From IMG/VR virus record IMGVR_UViG_3300031992_000042, positions 41,696 through 105,695 of that record: a DNA stretch of 64,000 bases; one strand, written 5' to 3'. The translations under genes and the position numbers were made by a program. This document shows positions 40,948 to 49,297 of this stretch, in pieces; position 1 is the stretch's first letter, and every line of letters starts with the position of its first letter. The notes beneath the pieces are model-generated. The model did not search any database. It was not told the DNA's origin and saw only the letters and a program-made list of their open reading frames with translations. Source of the stretch: a virus. Taxonomy: Duplodnaviria; Caudoviricetes.

Positions 40948-41021
40948 GCTCCGCAAGCTCAATTGGTCGAGCAGTCGGCTTATATCCGAAAGGATCGTGG
41001 GTTCAAGTCCCCGGCGGAGTA
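40948..41021 (+). tRNA. tRNA-Ile(TAT)
   Basis: GCTCCGC/GCGGAGT acceptor, loop CTTATAT, GTTCAAGTC. Confidence 0.75.
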
Positions 41022-41305
41022 CTAGGAGAGATGGCAAGTAAATGCAGGACGCTGCATAGTGAAGGACACTACTCGAGAATAGCCCTGTAACTGCGCAGGA
41101 TAAGAGAACGCCGTGGGTGTACACAAAAACCAGAATATAATAAAGCACGGTCTGAACAAAAGTTCTTCTGCTCTCCTTATTATCCGTCGCTGTGGGCAAT
41201 AAAATGCAGATATCCTTAACAGGACTCTCTTGCGGGACGGATATTACCGCTGTACTAGTGTACAGTTGGTTCCTGGAGTCGTCTTTATAGACGGCTCCTG
41301 TTTAT

Positions 41306-41376
41306 AGCCCTTTAGCGTAATGGTAGCGCAGTGGACTTTGACTCCATATGTGGTAGTCCGATTCTACCAAGGGCTG
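41306..41376 (+). tRNA. tRNA-Gln(TTG)
   Basis: AGCCCTT/AAGGGCT acceptor, loop CTTTGAC; T-loop variant TCCGATT. Confidence 0.75.
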
Positions 41377-41379
41377 CTA

Positions 41380-41895
41380 CATCCTAACCAAATAATCGGG
41401 ACGTTATATATCACTCCTGCGGGTAGTAAATAAGGACGTGGCTACTGATTAAGTACACCTGTTAGTTTCAGGGGCGCAGGTCGCGTATAACGTTTCTAAA
41501 AAGCCCGCCCGGTGGCGTAGGATGACGAGCTAAGCATTCTCATATAAACTGCTTTTAACAGTCTAGCCAACAGGTTCTGAAGTTATTCATCCGAGTGGCT
41601 TCCGTAGAGTATGATGTGGCTGTCGTACATGCGTGATGACCCAATGAAGTTAGTAAGAACAAAACTATGGCTTGCGTTTGTCTGGAGCGCAGCTGAAAAT
41701 CTATCCATGATTTGAACTGTCTGTCAACCGCGTCCGAAGTTGCCTTGTTATTTTATGAAACTATAGTTCGCCTTCTAACTGACAACTAGATATAAGTCGA
41801 AATAGCAAATAAAAGTTGATAAGGTTAGGTAGGAGCACTGCCGTGACGCGCCAGTAATGCACCTTTGAGTCGCATATGTGGTCGCACGGCATTTT
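41380..41895 (+). ncRNA. Candidate large structured ncRNA within tRNA cluster
   Basis: ~500 nt, ORF-free, richer in GC than flanks, terminal hairpin TGCCGTG..CACGGCA. Confidence 0.4.
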
Positions 41896-41942
41896 ATTGT
41901 TTATTAGCTTTTAAAGCATATTTATATAAAATTTGAAAAAGG

Positions 41943-42395
41943 ATGGTATGTATGAGAAATGGATATAAAATGCTCTTTATGCCAGAACATCATCGTGCAG
42001 ATATAACAGGATGTGTTTATGAACATGTTATTGTCGCAGAACAAAAAATAGGACGAGAATTAAAAGATGAAGAAGTAGTCCATCATATTGATGAAAATAG
42101 AAGTAATAACTCACCAGAAAATTTAATGGTTTTTGCAAATACAGCAGAACATAGTGCTTATCATGCCACACATGAGGCATATCAGATTGATAATATTTGG
42201 TATGCATCAAGAAAAAGAAAGCCAAAAGAATGTAAAATTTGTGGCAAAATGTTTATTCCTAAATATAAAAATATAAATTATTGTTCGCATAAATGTGCAC
42301 AAAAAGCTAATAGAAAATTACCAGATATCGACCAAGTTGTAAATGTACTTCGAAAAAAACAACGGCAATATGAGTGCTGTCAGCAGAATTTTTAA
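41943..42395 (+). CDS. HNH homing endonuclease (C-terminal HTH out of frame)
   Basis: YEHVIVAE..VVHHIDENRSNNSPENL; CKICG..CS..C. Confidence 0.8.
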   Translation: MVCMRNGYKMLFMPEHHRADITGCVYEHVIVAEQKIGRELKDEEVVHHIDENRSNNSPENLMVFANTAEHSAYHATHEAYQIDNIWYASRKRKPKECKICGKMFIPKYKNINYCSHKCAQKANRKLPDIDQVVNVLRKKQRQYECCQQNF

Positions 42396-42479
42396 TGTTA
42401 CTCCTAATGCAATTGTAAGAATACTTAAAAGAAATAATTTGCCATATCATAGTAATGATTATGCAAATTAAATATATAT

Positions 42480-42553
42480 GGCTCGTTAGCTTAGCCCGGT
42501 AAAGCAGCCGCCTGTTAAGCGGAAGAGCGTAGGATCGAAGCCTACACGAGCCG
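42480..42553 (+). tRNA. tRNA-Asn(GTT)
   Basis: GGCTCGT/ACGAGCC acceptor, loop CTGTTAA. Confidence 0.8.
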
Positions 42554-42556
42554 CTT

Positions 42557-42678
42557 TGGGAAGTAGTTTGGAGAGTCCAGCGTAAGACTCCATAGAAAAG
42601 TAAGAGCTAGCGCAGTTCTGAATTCGCTGGTAAAACGGCTCTACGCAGCAGATACTGGTTCGAGTCCAGTCTTCTCAA
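42557..42678 (+). ncRNA. tRNA-like RNA with large D-loop insertion and reduced anticodon arm
   Basis: TGGGAAG/CTTCTCA acceptor, ACTGG-TTCGAGT-CCAGT T arm. Confidence 0.5.
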
Positions 42679-43049
42679 CTTGCTCTCTTAATGGGATACA
42701 GAGAGCGTTTGTACCTCCTTTCAGGTTGAATAAACATTGCTCCGATGTTTACAGTTGCCGCTGGTTTAGTAGGAGCGCTTTTTGCCAACCGCAAGCGGTT
42801 GGCTTTATACCGTGAATCCTATAACTAATTTACAAGTCTTAACCTGTTACATTGATTATAGGATATTTTTTTATGCCCTGACACGTAAGTTCTTAATGAA
42901 TGGCTCGTCTCCATTCGGGGTAAACTGCATAACTCACAGAAAAGTGTGAAGCACTGCGAAGAGTTTGGATAGCATCTCTGGAAGTTCTCGTGCTATCCGC
43001 TGATCATCATCTTATTTATAAGAAAATTTGATTAATGGAGGGATGAAAG

Positions 43050-43658
43050 ATGATCAAAGTTACTCTTATTAGCACCAATGGACGCAAGACCGACATGTTT
43101 GCAGAACATCAGACTCCGCGTGAAGTATTTGAATACTTCGATGTTGATTATTCCGTCGCGACAAACACTATTGATGGTGTCAGGATTGGTATCGGTGACA
43201 TGGACAAGTCTCTGAAAGAGCTTGGCGCAGGAGCTGAATGCCGTATCTCGTCAATTGTTAAGACCGATAATGCTGCGCACATTGATCTGACTGGCGCTGC
43301 GGCTGTTCTGGTTTCCGATGTGAAACTGGAAGACTGGAAGCGTGTCGAAAAGTACGCACCGGAAGCTCTGAAAATCGTCGATGAAGAAGGCGATGTTGTC
43401 TTCAAGGTTATGACTTGTTGCTGCACTGGTTCTGTTAATGAAAACGGAGTGTGTTTCGGCACATACACCAACGAAGGCGGTCTTGCAACTGTGACAGTTC
43501 TGATGGACGATGAAGTAGAAGATCGTCTTCAGGCAATTAAAGATGTTGCTGGGCAGGCTCTGCTGGATCTGAATGATATTGAAAAGGATATTCCTCAGAT
43601 TCTGAAGGACATTGAAGAGAAAGAAGCGGAGATTGAAAAGCTGATTGTAGCTAAGTAA
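43050..43658 (+). CDS. Ubiquitin-like (beta-grasp) N-terminal domain protein
   Basis: First ~75 aa show a beta-grasp-like pattern ending IVKTDNA; leads the E2/JAB/E1 operon. Confidence 0.55.
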   Translation: MIKVTLISTNGRKTDMFAEHQTPREVFEYFDVDYSVATNTIDGVRIGIGDMDKSLKELGAGAECRISSIVKTDNAAHIDLTGAAAVLVSDVKLEDWKRVEKYAPEALKIVDEEGDVVFKVMTCCCTGSVNENGVCFGTYTNEGGLATVTVLMDDEVEDRLQAIKDVAGQALLDLNDIEKDIPQILKDIEEKEAEIEKLIVAK

Positions 43659-43670
43659 TCTCCGATACAT

Positions 43671-43702
43671 AGGGGCTGAGGTTAAACTCAGCCCCTTTTT
43701 TT
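43671..43702 (+). terminator. Terminator after Ubl gene
   Basis: AGGGGCTGAG-gttaaa-CTCAGCCCCT plus T-run. Confidence 0.8.
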
Positions 43703-43732
43703 AAAAATTATAAGGAGATTAAAAGTACAAAA

Positions 43733-45151
43733 ATGTTTAGAGAACATATTGAAAAACCAATTGATCCTATTCCGCAGGTTTACGCTGACAAAATTCAGCG
43801 CCTGTATAACGAACCTGATTATAGTTTAACCTCTCTTGGTATTGCACTTCTTAAATCACGTATTGAAAATTATGACGGTATTACTGGTGTTTATTATAGC
43901 TACGACAATAAAGTAAATGCATTTAAGGACTTTGTTAATCGAGTAAATTCTGTCGATACTCATCCTTTGTATTGCTATTATATATATAGTACAGATAACG
44001 ATGTTTCAGATATTATAAATGAAAATCTGTCTGAATTTAAAGAAAGAAAAAATATTTCTGCATTCATTAAAGAAAAGTCCGACAACGAATGCACTGTTTT
44101 ATATCATGAAACAAAGAATGCAGTAGGTATCTTTGTTAATTCAAGAGATTTTCGACTGTATCATCTTCTGATGTCATTCGTTTCTTTGTATTATCCTTCT
44201 TTGTTTGTAGAAAAGAAGATGACAGAAGAAGACTATACAATTGTTAAATCATTATCTAATAAAGAAAAAGATAAGTTTTATACAAGTGTTCAGAACGTAT
44301 TAAAGCCTTTCACGATTGAATTTAGAAGGCTTCAACTTAGTTCTTTAATGAAAGATATTCATGATGTAAAGATTAACAATGCTTTGAACAATGTAAATAA
44401 TCTGAGAAGTAGTGCAAATTCTATCGAAGAACAGCTTGGACGTGTTATCGCACAGTTAAAGGATGCTATTGTACTTTATGAAGGTATGAAAGCTACTGAA
44501 AATTATGATGCTCCTGAAGAAGAATTGGTAGAATATCTTTCAAATAATGCCGATATTCATGGTCTTGATATTAGAGATCATCATTTATATTTCTCTGTTA
44601 CAACATTGCTGAACAATTTTAATCAGCAAGCATGGGATACGTTTAGCAATCGTGGGAATATTTATGACGGCGAATATAGCGCAAATTTGCTTGACGTATT
44701 CAAGAAAAGAGAAAACAGAAAGATCATTCTTGATGCTATCTTCAGTGAAGACCCGAAACTGTTTGTGCGAATGGCTGGAAATTATATTATCAATCTTGAT
44801 CAGTGTAGAGTATCTACCAGTTCTGGATATGATTATGAAAATGTCGATCCTATATTTAAAGATTATATGCCGAATCCGCATTTGAAAATCTTCGAATGTC
44901 TAGGCGGATATAGAGACCGAATTATGCCCGCGTTAAGAGATCGTAATTATATTTCAGCTATTGAAATTTGTATTGCTTCAGCAGGATCTATTAATCTTGA
45001 TGAAGTTACCCAAACATTCAGACCATTCTTAGGATGGATTCTGTCTAGTACAAATAAGATTATGCAAACTCAGGATGGAACTGCCATGACACCTGAAGAG
45101 GCACTTGTATGGTTAATTGATAATAAGGAGAAAGATAATGCGACCGATTAA
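43733..45151 (+). CDS. Coiled-coil protein with C-terminal prokaryotic E2-like domain
   Basis: PNPHL...CLG motif; located between Ubl and JAB genes. Confidence 0.55.
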   Translation: MFREHIEKPIDPIPQVYADKIQRLYNEPDYSLTSLGIALLKSRIENYDGITGVYYSYDNKVNAFKDFVNRVNSVDTHPLYCYYIYSTDNDVSDIINENLSEFKERKNISAFIKEKSDNECTVLYHETKNAVGIFVNSRDFRLYHLLMSFVSLYYPSLFVEKKMTEEDYTIVKSLSNKEKDKFYTSVQNVLKPFTIEFRRLQLSSLMKDIHDVKINNALNNVNNLRSSANSIEEQLGRVIAQLKDAIVLYEGMKATENYDAPEEELVEYLSNNADIHGLDIRDHHLYFSVTTLLNNFNQQAWDTFSNRGNIYDGEYSANLLDVFKKRENRKIILDAIFSEDPKLFVRMAGNYIINLDQCRVSTSSGYDYENVDPIFKDYMPNPHLKIFECLGGYRDRIMPALRDRNYISAIEICIASAGSINLDEVTQTFRPFLGWILSSTNKIMQTQDGTAMTPEEALVWLIDNKEKDNATD

Positions 45152-45962
45152 TCTGTCGAATGAGGCAATAGAAAAATTATACGGTGAATTTCTTGAAAAA
45201 TTCAAGAATGAAATAGCAAATTACGGTTTTAACGGCGGTTCTTCGATGACAATTAAAACTAATTTCGAAGAAGTTGCTAAAGAAAAGGTTATTATTAGAT
45301 ATACACAGGAAGCGTTCTTGCGTATGCAAGCGTTGGTAGATTTCTTTGATTCTGAAGTTGCATGGTATGGGCTTTGTGAACGGCTCGGAGAAAAAGAATT
45401 TAGAGTGTATGACGTTAAGGTTTGTAAGCAAGAAGTTACAGGAGCTAAAGTAGATACAAGCGATGAAGACACTTTAGAATTCTTCTGCAGTCTAACTGAT
45501 GATGAAGCTGAACATTTGCATTTTCAGGCTCATAGTCATGTGAAAATGTCTACTGGAGCATCAGGTACGGATATTCAGAATCAGCAGGATGTTGTAAAGA
45601 ATATGGGTAAGACTGGTTATTATATTTTCCAGATTTGGAACAAAAATAACGATATTAATACTTATCTGTATGATTTAGATAATAATGTTTTCTATGATCG
45701 AAAAGACGTAATGATCGTGATCGAAGATAGCCTTGGAGATCTGGATGACTTTATTGCATCTATTGCTGATTGTGTTGTAGAAAAGAAAACATATCCATAT
45801 CAGTATAGTGGAAGTGGCTATGCTGGAAATTACTATAATAAATCCGTAGAAACGAAAACTCCAAAAAAAACAAAAGAAAACGAAGAAGATGACTACGACA
45901 CGGTCTATCTAGGAGAATATTATGATGGTATTCATGGATATTATGGAAGGAGCGATTGGTAA
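45138..45962 (+). CDS. JAB/MPN metalloprotease
   Basis: SEVAW..HSHVKMSTGASGTD (E..HxH..S..D); overlapping start MRPINL. Confidence 0.85.
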   Translation: MRPINLSNEAIEKLYGEFLEKFKNEIANYGFNGGSSMTIKTNFEEVAKEKVIIRYTQEAFLRMQALVDFFDSEVAWYGLCERLGEKEFRVYDVKVCKQEVTGAKVDTSDEDTLEFFCSLTDDEAEHLHFQAHSHVKMSTGASGTDIQNQQDVVKNMGKTGYYIFQIWNKNNDINTYLYDLDNNVFYDRKDVMIVIEDSLGDLDDFIASIADCVVEKKTYPYQYSGSGYAGNYYNKSVETKTPKKTKENEEDDYDTVYLGEYYDGIHGYYGRSDW

Positions 45963-46634
45963 TTGAATTTATCAAAAAGCTTTGAGTTTTTTAATCCTGA
46001 AGTGTGTATAGATACTATTCATATTATCGGCTGCGGTTCAGTTGGTTCAACCGTAGCCGAACTTCTTGCTAGGTTTGGTTTAAAAAATGTTAAACTTTAC
46101 GATTTCGACTTTGTAGAAGAGCATAATTTGGCTAACCAAATGTTTACAACAGAGAACTTGTATAAACCAAAGGTTGAAGGCGTATATGACCGATGGGTTT
46201 CTATCAATCCTGAAGCCGCTAAAACAATTAAATTATATGGTGACGGTTGGACAGGACAAAAATTAAACGGTTATGTATTTCTGTGTGTAGATAACATTGA
46301 ACTTCGCAAGAAGATCGTAGAAGAAAATAAGTATAATCTGAACATTAAAGCAATGTTTGACTTTAGGACGAGTTTAGATACAGCGCAGCACTATGCAGCA
46401 GACTGGTCTAAGCCTAAAAGTATTGAAGCGTTGCTTGATACAATGGATTTTACTCATGCAGAAGCTGAGAAGAATACTCCAATGAGTGCTTGTAAAGTTT
46501 CTTTGTGTGTAATGCCAACTGTTTGGTCTGTGGCAATGGCTGGTGTAGTAAATTTTGTAAATTTCGTTAAAGAAGGCAAATTAGAACAGGCTGTTATTAC
46601 AAGACCATTTGCATTTGATACTCTTATTTGTTAA
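45963..46634 (+). CDS. ThiF/E1-like activating enzyme
   Basis: IIGCGSVGS, DFDFVEEHNLANQ, K, CVDN...R, distal SAC. Confidence 0.9.
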   Translation: MNLSKSFEFFNPEVCIDTIHIIGCGSVGSTVAELLARFGLKNVKLYDFDFVEEHNLANQMFTTENLYKPKVEGVYDRWVSINPEAAKTIKLYGDGWTGQKLNGYVFLCVDNIELRKKIVEENKYNLNIKAMFDFRTSLDTAQHYAADWSKPKSIEALLDTMDFTHAEAEKNTPMSACKVSLCVMPTVWSVAMAGVVNFVNFVKEGKLEQAVITRPFAFDTLIC

Positions 46635-47143
46635 TAAAGTCCATCAACTTCGGTTGGACTGTTTATGTTATAAATAGTAACGCTTTGCCCGGTAGGAGAC
46701 GACGGGCCAAATGCCCAGACGGCTGGAGGTGCTGCACTGCTTACTGCTGAAAGAGGCAAATCAAATTAGAAAACCTATAAAATAACTAATTTACACCTAT
46801 TCAATTGAAGAAATTCACTTGAATCAACCATAAAGTCGCCTGGGAAAAGAAGACTGAATCTTAATTTAGTTTATAAACAAAAGAGTATTAAAAATATCAT
46901 ATAAAGACCTTCAACTTATGTTGGACAATTTATGTTATAAGTTGTAACTCTTTGCCGGGGAATAGTGAAACGACGCGGGCATGTCTGAAGAACATTCCAC
47001 TCCCGAAATCATCGTAGAACAAAATGAACTGCTACTATACAAACTGAAAATTAAAATATTCAGTATTAACAGAACCATTAAGATAAATAGACCAATACGA
47101 CGGACGTCAAGAAACTCCCTGGGATCTCCTAATTTAGTTTATA
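46634..47143 (+). ncRNA. Two tandem ~267-nt structured repeat units upstream of RT
   Basis: 59-nt 5' blocks at 46634 and 46901 (49/59 identical); TAATTTAGTTTATA 3' blocks at 46862 and 47130; variable middles. Confidence 0.7.
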
Positions 47144-47166
47144 TGATACAAGAAAAGGAAGTAAAA

Positions 47167-48309
47167 ATGATTTATATTACAACAATGCAGCATAGGAAGC
47201 CAAGGCAATTATCTTGGGAAGATGTCATTATGGAAAAAGAAATTTTTAATGATTTTACTAATGACAAGTCTTCATCTACTGCAACAATTACAAGAAAATA
47301 CGAAGAAGTAAAAGAAGAAGTTCTTAACAGAATTAACGTAGATGCTATGATTAGATGGCTAAAACAGTTTAATGATTCGAATAAAGAACTGTTTGAAGCA
47401 GATCGTAAGTCTCTGTATTCGTCGTTTAAGATTCCGAAAACGACTGGTGGATTCAGGCAAATTGATGCTCCTTGTGAGAAATTGCAAGACGAATTACAAC
47501 GATTGGTACATTTCATTGGGGATGATTGCGGTGTGCTGTATCATACTGCTGCGTTCGCCTATGTAAAAGGCAGAAGTATTGTTGACTGCATAAGGAAACA
47601 TCAGAAGAATGAATCTATGTGGTTTCTGAAAACAGACTTTAGTGGGTTTTTTCCAAATACTACTTTGAATTTTACAATGAAAATGTTGTCGATGGTATTT
47701 CCACTGTCTGAAGTATGTAAAAGAGAAGATGGATATAAAGAATTAGAAAAAGCAATCAGCCTTGGATTCTTGAACGGTGGACTTCCTCAAGGAACTGTGT
47801 TGTCTCCGATGCTTACAAACATTTTTATGATTCCGATTGATCATAAATTGTTTAATGAATTGGCGGATCGACACATTGTTTATACACGATACGCTGATGA
47901 TATTCATATTTCAGCTCAGGAAAAATTTCCTTGGCAAGAAATTGTTAAATTGATTGAAGATACGCTAAAAGAATTTAATGCGCCTTGGGTAATTAAGAAA
48001 GAAAAGACACATTTTGGTAGTAGAAAAGGTCGCAACTGGTCATTAGGATTAATGCTGAACAGTGATAATAATATAACTGTTGGATGGAAGAAGAAACAAT
48101 ATTTCAAGGCTGCGCTATGTTCGTTTATTCTTGATACAAAGAATGGCAAACATTGGGATATTGGAGATGTTCAACATCTTCGTGGTCAATTGTCCTATTA
48201 TACAATGGTTGAAAAAGATTATTTTAATAGCATTATAAAACAGCAAAATAAGAAATGGAATGTAAATGTAAACGATATGTTTAAAGCATATCTCAATGGA
48301 ACTGTTTGA
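47167..48309 (+). CDS. Retron-like reverse transcriptase (380 aa)
   Basis: IPKTTGGFRQIDAP, AFAY, KTDFSGFF, LPQGTVLSPMLTN, YTRYADD; AAGGAAG RBS before ATG 47167. Confidence 0.9.
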   Translation: MIYITTMQHRKPRQLSWEDVIMEKEIFNDFTNDKSSSTATITRKYEEVKEEVLNRINVDAMIRWLKQFNDSNKELFEADRKSLYSSFKIPKTTGGFRQIDAPCEKLQDELQRLVHFIGDDCGVLYHTAAFAYVKGRSIVDCIRKHQKNESMWFLKTDFSGFFPNTTLNFTMKMLSMVFPLSEVCKREDGYKELEKAISLGFLNGGLPQGTVLSPMLTNIFMIPIDHKLFNELADRHIVYTRYADDIHISAQEKFPWQEIVKLIEDTLKEFNAPWVIKKEKTHFGSRKGRNWSLGLMLNSDNNITVGWKKKQYFKAALCSFILDTKNGKHWDIGDVQHLRGQLSYYTMVEKDYFNSIIKQQNKKWNVNVNDMFKAYLNGTV

Positions 48310-48379
48310 CAAAGAAAAGTCGAAAGACTTATTTAATGTTATTAAATAAAACGAGAAAAGACTACATGTAAATAATAAA

Positions 48380-48432
48380 ACTTGATCGTTCCTGAAGGCG
48401 GAACTAAAGTACCGCCTTCAGGAAGATCAAGT
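48380..48432 (+). other. Long near-perfect hairpin downstream of RT
   Basis: ACTTGATC-g-TTCCTGAAGGCGG..CCGCCTTCAGGAA-GATCAAGT. Confidence 0.7.
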
Positions 48433-48471
48433 CTTCTTATTTAATCAATACTTTGTATTCAGTTTGTTAAA

Positions 48472-48520
48472 TAGTTAGGTACCTAACTTTGAAGACTTTC
48501 TAAGTTTGGTATAAGGGGAG
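48472..48520 (+). promoter_or_regulatory. Motif A copy
   Basis: TAGTTAGGTACCTAACTTTGAAGACTTTCTAAGTTTGGTATAAGGGGAG. Confidence 0.65.
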
Positions 48521-49220
48521 AGAGTTAAGAAAGGAAGGAAGTGCTCCTGTTTTTCTCTCTCTTTAACATGTCTCGATGTTACGCATACGTGCAGCGGTTA
48601 GTAGAGACTTCTGCCCGAAAGGGCAGAATTATATGAGGCTGACAAGTTCACGGCTTGAAAGTCTCTTGCAGTTTGCCAGAACTCATCTGGTGTAGAATAT
48701 GCTTTAAAGCGCTTACCGCGTTTAAAGACACCCGTGAGTGTCTAACGCGGTATTTTGCTCTGCTGCGTAAAAGCTTAATGACAGGCTCGCCACCTGTCGG
48801 AGTAACAACAAAAGACAGTTATACTGTGTCAGATCTTTCCTGATATCTAGATAGTTCGACTAATCATCGGACTACACCTACACATTTTTCCTTTCTGTAT
48901 GTTCTGGATAGGTTCTGCTGACAACATAGGATGAACTTTCTCCCCGAGGTTTATCCTATTATGCGGTACTTGCGTAAAGGTTAAATGCAACCTCGCCTGT
49001 TGCAGCCGCCAATTTAATAAAATGAAAGCACCATATAAAGACCTGCATCATATGACGATACTGGTGCTGCAGCAAGTTCACTCGTATTCTTTAAACAAAC
49101 AGGATGTAAGAATGCCCCATGTTGATTTAGAGACCACCAGATACGAGACTTATTGCTGTTGGAGCTGTTTATTATTACGGGTTGGGTTCGTATACCGACA
49201 TAAACAGCTCCTATTTTTTA
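48521..49220 (+). ncRNA. Candidate large structured RNA or leader upstream of RNAP 2
   Basis: Multiple hairpins; ends in a terminator-like GGAGCTG..CAGCTCC plus T-run. Confidence 0.4.
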
Positions 49221-49297
49221 TTACAGAATTAGTAAATCTATCCTTTTGGATTAAATATACGTATCTTAAAAACAACAAAATGAAAGGGGGCCGCGAG

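Noticed and set aside
39480-42700. tmRNA or suppressor tRNA / alternative genetic code
   Set aside because: No tmRNA tag frame recognised, no CTA/TTA/TCA anticodon, and long genes read through in code 11
46981-47166. 62-aa N-terminal extension of the RT given in the ORF track
   Set aside because: Overlaps repeat unit 2; the better RBS lies before ATG 47167
47167-48309. RT as part of a DGR or group II intron
   Set aside because: Motif is PQG..SP rather than the DGR-type G...SQ; no TR/VR pair differing only at adenines; no recognisable maturase domain or intron domain V/VI and no interrupted host gene
49022-49297. N-terminal extension of RNAP 2
   Set aside because: Crosses a terminator-like hairpin; RBS supports a start at 49298
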